Counted from the first letter of the stretch, positions 50,735 through 63,339 are shown. The stretch is DNA of 64,000 nt from Octopus sinensis (GCF_006345805.1 NW_021824836.1:4188-68187); one strand, 5' to 3'. Made by a program: numbers and translations. The notes: generated from the sequence alone by a model not told the origin.

Positions 50735-53716
50735 TATTTCTATTTCTTTATTACCCACAAGGGGCTAAACACAGAGGGAACAAACAAGGACAGACATAGG
50801 TATTAAGTCGATTACATCGACCCCAGTGCGTAACTGGTACTTAATTTATCGACCCTGAAAGGATGAAAGGCAAAGTCGACCTCGGCGAATTTGAACTCAG
50901 AACGTAACGGCAGACAAAAACCTATTTCTTTATGACCCACAAGGGGCTAAACACAGAGGGGACAAACAAGGACAGACATAGGTTATTAAGTCGATTACAT
51001 CGACCCCAGTGCGTAACTGGTACTTAATTTATCGACCCCGAAAGGATGAAAGGCAAAGTCGACCTTGGCGGAATTTGAACTCACAACGTAACGGCAGACA
51101 AAATACCTATTTCTTTATGACCCACAAGGGGCTAACACAGAGGGGACAAACAAGGACAGACATAGGTATTAAGTCGATTACATCGACCCCAGTGCGTAAC
51201 TGGTACTTAATTTATCGACCCTGAAAGGATGAAAGGCAAAGTCGACCTCGGCGGAATTTGAACTCAGAACGTAACGGCAGACAAAATACCTATTTCTTTA
51301 TGACCCACAAGGGGCTAAACACAGAGGGGACAAACAAGGACAGACATAGGTATTAAGTCGATTACATCGACCCCAGTGCGTAACTGGTACTTAATTTATC
51401 GACCCTGAAAGGATGAAAGGCAAAGTCGACCTCGGCGGAATTTGAACTCAGAACGTAACGGCAGACAAAATACCTATTTCTTTATGACCCACAAGGGGCT
51501 AAACACAGAGGGGACAAACAAGGACAGACATAGGTATTAAGTCGATTACATCGACCCCAGTGCGTAACTGGTACTTAATTTATCGACCCTGAAAGGATGA
51601 AAGGCAAAGTCGACCTCGGCGGAATTTGAACTCAGAACGTAACGGCAGACAAAATACCTATTTCTTTATGACCCACAAGGGGCTAAACACAGAGGGGACA
51701 AACAAGGACAGACATAGGTATTAAGTCGATTACATCGACCCCAGTGCGTAACTGGTACTTAATTTATCGACCCCGAAAGGATGAAAGGCAAAGTCGACCT
51801 CGGCGGAATTTGAACTCAGAACGTAACGGCAGACTAAATACCTATTTCTTTATTACCCACAAGGGGCTAAACACAGAGGGGACAAACATGGACAGACATA
51901 GGTATTAAGTCGATTACATCGACCCCAGTGCGTAACTGGTACTTAATTTATCGACCCTGAAAGGATGAAAGGCAAAGTCGACCTCGGCGGAATTTGAACT
52001 CAGAACGTAACGGCAGACAAAATACCTATTTCTTTATGACCCACAAGGGGCTAAACACAGAGGGGACAAACAAGGACAGACATAGGTATTAAGTCGATTA
52101 CATCGACCCCAGTGCGTAACTGGTACTTAATTTATCGACCCCGAAAGGATGAAAGGCAAAGTCGACCTCGGCGGAATTTGAACTCAGAACGTAACGGCAG
52201 ACAAAATACCTATTTCTTTATGACCCACAAGGGGCTAAACACAGAGGGGACAAACAAGGACAGACATAGGTATTAAGTCGATTACATCGACCCAGTGCGT
52301 AACTGGTACTTAATTTATCGACCCTGAAAGGATGAAAGGCAAAGTCGACCTCGGCGGAATTTGAACTCAGAACGTAACGGCAGACAAAATACCTATTTCT
52401 TTATGACCCACAAGGGGCTAAACAGAGGGGACACCAAGGACAGACATAGGTATTAAGTCGATTACATCGACCCCAGTGCGTAACTGGTACTTAATTTATT
52501 ATCGACCCTGAAAGGATGAAAGGCAAAGTCGACCTCGGCGGAATTTGAACTCAGACGTAACGGCAGACAAAATACCTATTTCTTTATGACCCACAAGGGG
52601 CTAAACAAGAGGGGACAAACAAGGACAGACATAGGTATTAAGTCGATTACACATCGACCCCAGTGCGTAACTGGTACTTAATTTATCGACCCTGAAAGGA
52701 TGAAAGGCAAAGTCGACCTCGGCGGAATTTGAACTCAGAACGTAACGGCAGACAAAATACCTTTTCTTTATGACCCACAAGGGGCTAAACACAGAGGGGG
52801 ACACAAGGACAGACATAGGTATTAGTCGATTACATCGACCCAGTGCGTAACTGGTACTTAATTTATCGACCCCCCGAAAGGATGAAAGGCAAAGATCGAC
52901 CTCGGCGGAATTTGAACTCAGAACGTAACGGCAGACTAAATACCTATTTCTTTATTACCCACAAGGGGCTAAACACAGGGGACAAACATGGACAGACATA
53001 GGTATTAAGTCGATTACATCGACCCCAGTGCGTAACTGGTACTTAATTTATCGACCCTGAAAGGATGAAAGGCAAAGTCGACCTCGGCGGAATTTGAACT
53101 CAGAACGTAACGGCAGACAAAATACCTATTTCTTTATGACCCACAAGGGCTAAACACAGAGGGGACAACAAGGACAGACATAGGTATTAGTCGATTACAT
53201 CGACCCCAGTGCGTAACTGTACTTAATTTATCGACCCCGAAAGGATGAAAGGCAAAGTCGACCTCGGCGGAATTTGAACTCAGAACGTAACGGCAGACAA
53301 AATACCTATTTCTTTATGACCCACAGGGGCTAAACACAGAGGGGGACAAACAAGGACAGACATAGGTATTAAGTCGATTACATCGACCCCAGTGCGTAAC
53401 TGGTACTTAATTTATCGACCCTGAAAGGATGAAAGGCAAAGTCGACCTCGGCGGAATTGAACTCAGAACGTAACGGCAGACAAAATACCTATTTCTTTAT
53501 GACCCACAAGGCTAAACACAGAGGGGACAAACAAGGACAGACATAGGTTAAGTCGATTACATCGACCCCAGTGCGTAACTGGTACTTAATTTATCGACCC
53601 CGAAAGGATGAAAGGCAAAGTCGACCTCGGCGGAATTTGAACTCAGAACGTAGCGGCAGACGAAATACCGCTAAGCATTTCGCCCGGCGTGCTAACGTTT
53701 CCGCCAGCTCGCCGCC
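50735..53716 (-). repeat. Family-B SINE-derived tandem array: 16 units of ~184 bp plus one tRNA head
   Basis: Unit starts at 50731, 50918, 51104, 51287, 51471, 51655, 51839, 52023, 52207, 52390, 52573, 52758, 52941, 53123, 53303 and 53486. Head at 53666-53716. TSD tttccacaaatacc at 50721-50734 and 53718-53731. Confidence 0.97.
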
Positions 53717-53795
53717 TTTTCCACAAATACCACAACAGGAAACTTGTTGTTTCATAGTGGTACTTTTTCTTTTCTTTTTCTTTTTGTTTTTTCAG

Positions 53796-53875
53796 CTTTG
53801 ATCGGGCTTGGTCAGATAGATCTTATTGGCAAAAGGAGTCCAGCTTTGGTCATCCGATCCTTTCATTTCAACGCG
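53796..53875 (+). CDS. Candidate internal exon (FDRAWSDRSYWQKESSFGHPILSFQR)
   Basis: Very long polypyrimidine acceptor; phase 2 to 1; weak donor g|gtgttt or the alternative t|gtgaga at 53881. Confidence 0.22.
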
Positions 53876-54235
53876 GTGTTTGTGAGACCACGTTGTCTAA
53901 TATCTCCTGTATTGTGTAAACATGTGTAGTATTTGGAGTCAGCGCCATGTGCAGATTCGTATGTTTTATTTTATGCATTGTATTCTTTTTCAAGACTGTA
54001 AGGAAGAGGATTTAGCTGCTATCTCTAGCATGCCACGCTGTCATGTGAAACTCCTCTCTCTCTCTCTCTTTCTCTCCCTCTCTCCCCACTCTCTCTCTCT
54101 CCCTCCCTCTTGCTTGTGGTTGTTGGTTCAATTGTATAAAAAGTACGATGAACGGAAATCAAAGATATCTAGGACAGCAGAGTTGAACAAAATTCTACTT
54201 AGAAAATAAACAACTAAGTAACAATGAAAAGGAAG

Positions 54236-54390
54236 TATGTATGTATGTATGTATGTATGTATGTATGTATGTATGTATGTATGTATGTATGTATGTATGT
54301 GTGTACGTGCTATGTATATATGTATGTATGCATGTATATATGTATGTATGTATGAATGTATGTATGTATGTATGAATGTATGTATGCATG

Positions 54391-54424
<34 letters not shown>

Positions 54425-54454
54425 TGTATGTATGTATATATGTATGTATGTATG

Positions 54455-54488
<34 letters not shown>

Positions 54489-54606
54489 TGTATGCATGTA
54501 TGTATGTATGTATGAATGTATGTATGTATGTATGTATGTATGTATGTATGTATGTATGTATGTATGCATGTATATATGTATGTATGTATGAATGTATGTA
54601 TGTATG

Positions 54607-54640
<34 letters not shown>

Positions 54641-54784
54641 TGTATGCATGTATGTATGTATGTATGTATGTATGCATGTATGTATGTATGTAGGTAGGTA
54701 GGTAGGTGAATGTGTGGGTGGGTAGGTGTATGTAAGTATGTATGCATGTGTGTATGTTTGTATGTGTGCGTTTATGTATGTATT

Positions 54785-54826
<42 letters not shown>

Positions 54827-54926
54827 CATAGATATATATATATACATACATACATAGATATATATACATACACATACATACATACATACACACACACATA
54901 CATACATACATACATACATACATACA

Positions 54927-54958
<32 letters not shown>

Positions 54959-54960
54959 CA
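54236..54960. repeat. (TATG)n / (TA)n / (CATA)n microsatellite field
   Basis: Direct reading. Confidence 0.95.
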
Positions 54961-55282
54961 TATATATATTTATGCAATGTAATATATGTACATTAAGTGC
55001 ATATGTATGTTTGTATGTATTTACGTACGCTTGTCGGTGTATGTGTATGTAAGTAGGTGTAGCTGTGTGTATAATACGTATGTATGCATGAATGTATATA
55101 TTTATGAATAATTTTCATTGACATTATTTAAATTCTTCTTCGCAGAATTCAAGGCGGTCACTAACAAAGTGACAAGGCACCTTTGTTTGAGTCAAGGCAG
55201 TTCCAGTTATTTGTTGTGAATATGTGAGTGCGAGTTGATGTATGCAGATATGTGAGTGGGTGTATGTTTGCATATGTGTGTG

Positions 55283-55340
<58 letters not shown>

Positions 55341-55482
55341 GTGTGTGTGTTTAGATAAATGAGTATGAGTGAATCTGTTTTGCACCCAAGTAATGAATGT
55401 ATAATAATACACTTAAGTACACGAATGTGTATTTGCTTTTTATGTATGTATGTATGTATGTATGTATGTATGTATGTATGTA

Positions 55483-55557
55483 CAGCAATCCCTCGACTAT
55501 TGCGGGTGTTACATTCCAAAACCCCGCGCAATAGGTAAACATCCGCGAAGTAGAAAC
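55483..55557 (+). mobile_element. pogo/Tigger-like DNA transposon terminal fragment
   Basis: TA|cagcaatccctcgactattgcgggtgttacattcc...ccgcgaagtag resembles Tigger-type TIR ends. Confidence 0.55.
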
Positions 55558-55566
55558 AGTACCGTA

Positions 55567-55790
55567 CTCTCTTTTACTCTCTTACTCTTTTACTTGTTTC
55601 AGTCACTTGACTGCGGCCATGCTGGAGCACCGCCTTTAGTCGAGCAACTCGACCCCGGGACTTATTCTTTTTGTAAGCCCAGTACATTCTATCGGTCTCT
55701 TTTGCCGAACCGCTAAGTGACGGGGACGTAAACACAACCAGCATCGGTTTCAAGCAATGTTAGGGGAACAAACACAGACACACAAAACAC

Positions 55791-55853
<63 letters not shown>

Positions 55854-55949
55854 CATATATACATTGGGCTTCTTTCAGTTTCCGTCTACCAAATCCACTC
55901 ACAAGGCATTGGTCGGCCCGGGGCTATAGCAGAAGACAATTGCCCAAGA
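55567..55949 (-). mobile_element. Family-C SINE, 5'-truncated
   Basis: Reverse complement of the C body and tail; ends at the CORE-like box. Confidence 0.9.
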
Positions 55950-56256
55950 CAATTCTTGGGGTTTGTATCTACCTGTATTGTTTAATGTACACATATATGC
56001 GTACGTGTCAAAATAGCACAAAATGTGTGTACGTTTCATTATTTTCTATGTACATGCATACGTGTGTAGATATATGATTCAGTTCATATGTTCTCCCAGG
56101 TACATAAAATGGCGAGTCTCTGAAATGTTTTGCAAATTTTACACTGTTCCGCTAATCGATTGTATCTGAAGAAAGCGAATCAGTTAACTCTGTTGTTTGT
56201 TTGTTTTTTAAGAACCGAAGTATTTCTAGTCTTTTTTTATTTTTTTGTTAATGCAG

Positions 56257-56288
56257 GTCTGTTGTTGTACAGATCAGTTGAGTCATGA
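56257..56288 (+). CDS. Candidate terminal exon (GLLLYRSVES*)
   Basis: Strong acceptor ttttttatttttttgttaatgcag; the phase-1 start is compatible with 53796-53875. Confidence 0.15.
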
Positions 56289-56430
56289 TAATAGGAACAA
56301 ATGAAAATCTATAACCCGGACTTAAAATGTACAACTTTTGTTCCCTGTCCCATACAATTATATCTGACCTGTTGTGCTTACACTGATTGCTACTCTTATG
56401 AACGTATATATTTTATATTTTATATTGGAA

Positions 56431-56661
56431 GGCGGCGAGCTGGCAGAAACGGTAGCACGCCGGGCGAAATACGAAGCCGTATTTCGTCTGCCGTTACGTT
56501 CTGAGTTCAAATTCCGCCGAGGCTGACTTTGCCTTTCATCCTTTCGGAGTCGATAAATTAAGTACCAGTTACGCACTGGGGTCGATGGAATCGACTTAAT
56601 CGCTTTGTCTGTCCTTGTTTGTCCCCTCTGTGTTTAGCCCCTTGTGGGTAGTAAAGAAATA
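56431..56661 (+). mobile_element. Family-B SINE monomer
   Basis: Full consensus. A B2-type copy follows on the minus strand at ~56800-57015. Confidence 0.92.
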
Positions 56662-57202
56662 TATATTTTATATGTACACACACACTCACACACACGCACG
56701 CACACATACACACACAAAGTTTTCATTCGTACCTCAGTGATTAAGCATTCTCCAGTCTTGTATAATAAAATAATGTATTCAAGGAAGAGAAATAATCCTT
56801 TATATTATAGGCACAAGGTCTGAAATTTTAGCGGGAGAGGGTTAGTTGGTTAGATCGACCCCAGTACTCGACTGGTACTTATTTTTATACGACTCCGAAA
56901 GAATGAAAGAGAAAGTTGACCTCCGCAGAATTTGAACTCTGAACGTAAAGGCCGGAAGAAAAGCAGCTAAGCATTTTGTCTCGCTTGTTAACTCTTCTGC
57001 CAGCTCACTGCCTTCAAGTGAGAGAAATGATAGGAAGACATATATAGCCCTTTATGCAAATCAGAAACTGGAAAATAAGAGATTGATGCTTCTTTGATGA
57101 GAATTTATGAATTGTATGCTGATAAAAGAACCCCCTAAAACGAAGAGTTTCAGACACATGCAAATCTGAGAACAATCTCATTACATTTTCTTTGAAATAT
57201 AA

Positions 57203-57593
57203 TCTCTATATCTATGAACGGCAAAATGTCTGTGTGTCTGTGTATCTGTGTGTCCTTTATACAAATCCACAGTTTTTCATGTAAAAGACTCGCATTTTCT
57301 ATGGGCTTTCAAAACTGTCTGAGGGTGATCGTGAAGATCTTTTCATTTCCCCAGTCACCCCAGAAAGCCATTAAAAAATCGATAAACCGACCCCTTTTGC
57401 CCATAAGTTATGGGCATATGGGCATTGCCAAAGTCCAATGAATATTAATTACTCTCATAAACGACAAAACTGGCCCGGGCTGAAATGTGATAAGAAACTT
57501 AGCTCTTGATTTAGTGAGAAATTTTTTACTGCGACCCGTCAACGAACAACAAGCACTTGCACTAGACCCGGCAACGCCAGGTCATAGTGCTAG
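57203..57593 (+). mobile_element. Non-autonomous Helitron (~391 bp), second family
   Basis: A|TC start, hairpin gacccggcaacgccaggtc, CTAG|T end. Confidence 0.82.
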
Positions 57594-57858
57594 TGTTAAT
57601 ATAAATTCTAAATAATCGCTTATTTGTTCAATGAAATCTATGAGAGTTATACAGGATAAAACCTCTAGGATGCGGGGCAAACTCAATCCTCACCTTCAAT
57701 ACATCTAGCTTATTTTTCATCTGTTTTTTTTTTTTAATGAAATTAACAATTAAGATACTAGCTTTTCACCAGATGTAGCCATTAATATAACTTTATCGTA
57801 TTCAGTTGGAGATTACCTTCTACGTCAGGATGTCTACACCTTAATACACTTAATCAGT

Positions 57859-58242
57859 GGAGGCGCAATGGCCCAGTGGTTAGGGCAGCGGACTCGCTGT
57901 CATAGGATCGCGGTTTCGATTCCCAGACCGGGCGTTGTGAGTGTTTATTGAGCGAAAACACCTAAAAAAGCTCCACGACGCTCCGGCAGGGATGGTGGTG
58001 ATCCCTGCTGTACTCTTTCACCACAACTTTCTCTCACTCTTACTTCCTGTTTCTGCTGTACCTGTATTTCAAAGGGCCGGCCTTGTCACTCTCTGTGTCA
58101 CGCTGAATATCCCCGAGAACTACGTTAAGGGTACACGTGTCTGTGGAGTGCTCAGCCACTTACACGTTAATTTCACGAGCAGGCTGTTCCGTTGATTCGG
58201 ATCAACCGGAACCCTCGTCGTCGTAACCGACGGAGTGCTTCC
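57859..58242 (+). mobile_element. Family-A SINE, full length
   Basis: Full consensus; approximate TSD cttaatca. Confidence 0.93.
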
Positions 58243-58851
58243 ACCACTCTTAATCAATTTCCATTTGCATACTAAATTTTCACGCGAAACTCGCTCTATA
58301 CACATGCATATCACACATTTCTACACCTTGGTTACCTTCAATTTTGAGCATATCAACAAACCACCACCATATGATGCAAATGCACTTAGTCATCCCGATA
58401 ATCCACTCCAACACAAGCATCAAAAGTAAACGTAAACACAAAACAAAATTCAGCACAATATATCAAGCATACAATATATTTTTACCTCGATTCCATAAAA
58501 ATAGTTGTTTATGTTATAAAATGAATTGCTGTTGATTCAAGGAATGCAACATAAGTTTTAAAATATCTGTCTACCGCCTCTTCCCGGCTAAACAAACATT
58601 CACTATCGAATTACTTTTAAAAAAATCTCATACTACCTGTGACCATTATGTGGACAAATCTGATGATTGCCGGATTAAGATAGCGATAACGTGACTTTAA
58701 CTATGGTATATATCTTCCTCTTAGCATGAACCTTTGGCAGTTTGTTGTAAATAGGAAATTATATATAATATAATTTTAAACATTACTGCATTATATATAT
58801 ATGTGTGTGTATGTATATGCATGTATTTGTGTGTGTGTGTGTGTGTGTTGT

Positions 58852-59183
58852 GAAGGCGCATGGCTCAGTGATTGGAGCGTCGAGCTTACGATCGTGAGAT
58901 TGTGAGTTCGATTCCCGGAACGGGCTGCGTGTTGTGTTCTTAGGTAAGACACTTTATTTCACGTTGCTCCAGTTAACTCAGTTGTCGAAATGAGTTGCGA
59001 CATCACTGGTGCCAAACTGTAACGGCCCCTTTGCCTTTCCCTTGGATAACACTGGTGGTGTGGAGAGGGGAGGCCGGTATGCAAAGGCGACTGCTGGCCT
59101 TCCACAAACAACTGTGCCCGGGAGGGTAACTTTCTAGGTGCAATCCCATGGTCATTCATGACTGAAGGGGTCTTTACCTTTTT
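58852..59183 (+). mobile_element. Family-D SINE, full length
   Basis: Homologous to the reverse complement of 27800-28141; ~75% identical over the first 80 nt by eye. Confidence 0.88.
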
Positions 59184-59398
59184 ACTACTTGATTAGTCAG
59201 GGTCCCCAGCTAAGGGTTGATTGGCATTCTAAGCACAAAGCTTCACTGCCTTGTGAGTGTCTTAGGAAAGAAGAGGCTAGGGGAATCAGTCTCCACAGCA
59301 AACCTGGTGCCCTCTTTGACATCCTTCGGAAACTCCAGGGTAGGTGGAGCTGTCCAGTTCTGTAAAACAATTCATCAAGGAGAAGGCCACTCCGATGT
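59184..59398 (-). mobile_element. 5'-truncated copy of the young LINE-like 3' end seen at 27584-27799
   Basis: ~97% identical to 27584-27799; abuts the D-SINE tail. Confidence 0.75.
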
Positions 59399-59692
59399 AG
59401 GGTCTCCTCCCGTGTGTATGTGTGTGTGTGTATGTGTGTGTGTGATTGAAATTGGTAGATTTTTCGTCTTTATCATTTATCCTCTTCATTTCTGCGACGC
59501 TCGTGTTCAAACAGCTCTCTTGCAACCGAAATGGTTTTGACGCTAGCTTAGTGATTTACTCCTTATTTCCTTAGGTTTTCAGATCATTGTCGGTCTTCTT
59601 CAATCGAGTTTATCTTTATAACGTCCAAATTATGGGGTCACCACACAGTGTCAATGTCCCGGCAGAACTCAAGGCATTGTAATGCTGTTAAG

Positions 59693-59737
<45 letters not shown>

Positions 59738-59741
59738 GTTA

Positions 59742-59973
59742 GGCGGCGAGCTGGCAGAATCGTTAGCACACTGGGCGAAGTGATTAGTGGTATTTCGTCT
59801 GTTGCTACGTTCTGAGTTCAAATTCCATCGAAATCAACTATGCCTTTCATCCTTTCGGGGTCAATAAATTAAATACCAATGAAACATTGGGGTCGATATA
59901 ATCGACTTAATCCGTTTGTCTGTCCTTGTTTGTCCCCTCTGTGTGTAGCCCTTTTGTGGGCAGTAAAGAAATA
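59742..59973 (+). mobile_element. Family-B SINE monomer after (CTA)n
   Basis: Full, moderately diverged consensus. Confidence 0.9.
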
Positions 59974-60453
59974 AGAAACATATGTTAATATCACAAAATG
60001 ATATTAACATAAATGCATACACGTTAACTGAGAAGAGTCAAAAGAGGCTGAGTCTTTACTCCCTAAAGTTAAGATGCGAAGGATATAAAATAAAATATAT
60101 GGAAAATTTTGGACGTCACTGTACAGTTGCATAGTTTCTACCCATTTTATCTCGAGTAAGGACACAATCTTTTAATAGCGTACGGTTCAAAAACCTAGAG
60201 CCTTTCAATACCTTTCCAAATACTCTTTAGAGATCGACTAGGAATAAATTTATTGAAAAATACTTTGGCAAATACTTATTTAGAGAAACCCATATTATGG
60301 CTAGAAACGCAAATGAGGGGGGTGTTGTCCAACTCCTTCATTTACCGAAACCAAACTCGGTGAGAAAGTTGTAGAAAGGGAACGAAATAGACTAACAATC
60401 ACACCAATGGCGGTGCTCCGCATGGCCAGTCTCTGATTGAAACTGATAAAAGT

Positions 60454-60493
<40 letters not shown>

Positions 60494-60984
60494 CATCTGC
60501 ATCGTTCTCTCTATACACCAAAACAATTGTACAAGGAAATGTACAAAAGATTTACAGAATTGATTGGAGAGATATTGGCAAGTCTAGAGGCTCTCCAGCC
60601 GGATGGCTGTCAGGGAGGTTGGCTGGTTAACTGTTATACTATGCTATACTATACATACATACATACGCTCATACACATATATATATAGATGTGTAAAAAA
60701 GAATTAAACAAAACCAGAGTTATTCAATCGTAATGAAGCATGGCTGAACAAAGAAACAAAATGGCCTTATTTTAGCTCTGCTATCGACCTCAGCCGTTGA
60801 TTGTTGAAGCATAATAAAGGACGAGCGAAACAGCAGCTCCAAAACTCTCCATCTGACTACAGAAAACTAGTGCAACAGCGAATAGGACGAGGGTGGGGGA
60901 GAGGATGGGAAACAATGTTTGGCTTCTTATTTTATACAACTGTATTATTAGAAACCATGTTGTTGTTGTTATTGGTTGTTGCTG

Positions 60985-61113
<129 letters not shown>

Positions 61114-61458
61114 CATTCGTTGTGTTGGTTGTTCGGTAACGTCTTGATGTTTGTTAGTTTCTGTGTTTGTATGTTTGTATGTTTGTATGTTTGTGGCAGA
61201 GAATTGTTTTCGTTCAACAAAGTAGGAAATAATTCATAGCATAATCATTGCGGAAGGAAATTGTTTGTTGGTTTATTTGTGCGAGTGCGTGCACGCGGAC
61301 GTGTGTGTGTGTTTGTGTGTCTGTGTGTGTGTGTATACAGCGTGTGGGTATGTATGTGTGTGCGCTCATGTATAATGTATGTGTGGTAGTTTCGTGTTTT
61401 ATCAGTGTTCTTATTTTTTCTTCGTCTATGTATATGTGTGTATGTATATGTGTGTATA

Positions 61459-61507
<49 letters not shown>

Positions 61508-61511
61508 GGGG

Positions 61512-61550
<39 letters not shown>

Positions 61551-61585
61551 AGAAAGAAAGAAAGAAAGAAGTAGGGTCATATTAC

Positions 61586-61719
61586 CTCGTCCAAGTAAAA
61601 GAAGCAGTCTTGAATACGGTAAGCCCTTGGAAACGGATGAGATTGCTTCAAGTGATATCTAACTTGAACGTCAGCAGGTTCAATGTTATTGGAGAAAGGC
61701 TTCCAGGGGCTTTCTGCCT
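61586..61719 (-). CDS. Candidate internal coding exon (EAESPWKPFSNNIEPADVQVRYHLKQSHPFPRAYRIQDCFFYLDE), unknown host gene
   Basis: Acceptor caattcttctttcccag| and donor gag|gtaata; 134 nt, phase 1 to 0; fully open with protein-like composition. Confidence 0.5.
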
Positions 61720-62724
61720 CTGGGAAAGAAGAATTGTGAGAAATGTGTAATATAGGACACTGTCAGGTAAACAGGTACTAAAGAGTGATGTAGTAAATCA
61801 CTACTGTATACGGTAGCAAGACCGGTACCTTATCAGATTCGTTACAGAAGTCATATACAATGAATTTGGGGTTTTTACTTTCTAATATTAAAGTCCTGAC
61901 CTAATACCTCGCCGATGTTGACTCTGTTTCCAATTTTCCAGAGTCAATAAAATAAATACTAGTCGAATCTTCGAATCGACATTATTGACTGTTCTCGCCA
62001 ATATCAACATTTATGGATTTATGGAGTTGATTGTTTGTTGATGGTTACCGCTGATTATTGAAAGGTCAAGCGATTGACTCTATTATTTCGAGCAGCGAAC
62101 GGGCAGAATCGTCGGTACACTAGACAAAATGCGGAGCAGCGTTTCTTTCGGTTTTATGTTCCGAGTTCTGATTCCACCGAGGTCGACTTAGCCTTTTATC
62201 CTTTTGGGTCGATAAAATAAGTGCCACTTAAGCATAAGGGTCGATGTAATCGACTAGCCACATCCTCCACCAAAAAGTTGTTTTTTTTTATGAGGTTTTG
62301 TACCTATAGTATAACGAATTATTTATCCACACTAATTTATAGTATGAATATATAGTAAACTGAAACACTGCGGAATTGACGAGGATTTTCGTTAGTTCGT
62401 TATTTTTAGTTCAATTATTCTTGCAAAGAAGAGTTCTCTACAACACAACAGCATCCAAAACCAGATCTGCCCCTAATCCGTTTAGTATTACTTAAAACTG
62501 GAAGCAACATGGTATCCACGGATCTTTCTGATTTGTCAATGGAACTATCCTGAATATTGTGCCACTTTTTATACTTTTACAACAAAAACAGCATCGCATA
62601 TATCCTGTCAAGTTATTGGTCTTTATTGAATTACTAGCATCAAAAACAATGGGGTTTATTTAAGATTGGAAAATATATGGCACGGATGTATATTTTAGCA
62701 TTCAAACATGTAATATAATAATCC

Positions 62725-62946
62725 TATTTCTTTACTACCCACAAGGGGCTAAACACAGGGAAGACAAACAAGGACAGACAGACGGATTAAGTCGATTATA
62801 TCGATCCCAGTGCGTAACTGGTACTTATTTAATCGACCCCGAAAGGAGAAAAGGCAAAGTCGACCTCGGCGGAATTTGAACTCAGAACGTAACGGCAGAC
62901 GAAATATGGCTACGCATTTCGCCCGGCGTGCTAACGTATCTGCCAG
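62725..62946 (-). mobile_element. Family-B SINE monomer
   Basis: Reverse complement of the consensus. A degenerate B2 copy lies at ~62090-62330 on the plus strand. Confidence 0.9.
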
Positions 62947-63339
62947 AATCCATATATTACAACCTTGTGTAAAAGTGCTTGATTCCATGAGGTTTTCCTC
63001 CTTGACTTTCGCAATCTTGAATCTGATGAATAGTGACATCACATAAGACCTGACGTGATGAACGATCAGTTCACACTCACATAACGAGATGACAGAATGC
63101 AAATTAACGATAATGAAAATCAGTCTTTGGAACAACAAGCCGTGACGAGAAAAAATGGCGGCGATGGATAATGACAGATGAGTAGTGGACGTACAAAGTG
63201 TCGATTGTACCTAAAAGGATTTACTCACATAATACATTTATAGTGAAGACCAAATCATGTGTCACCGATTTTGTTTCTTCGTTTCTGCCACACTTTAAAG
63301 AAAGTCGTTTGAAAGATAAGGTGATATTCAGTGAAAGGG

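Noticed and set aside
50731-53716. The tandem array as a CRISPR array or retrozyme
   Set aside because: There are no unique spacers, and the units are SINE bodies. No CUGANGA...GAAA core was found on either strand of the unit.
63152-63162. AAAATGGCGGC, YY1-like promoter motif
   Set aside because: A single short motif, no CpG island, and the following ATG frame stops after 8 codons.
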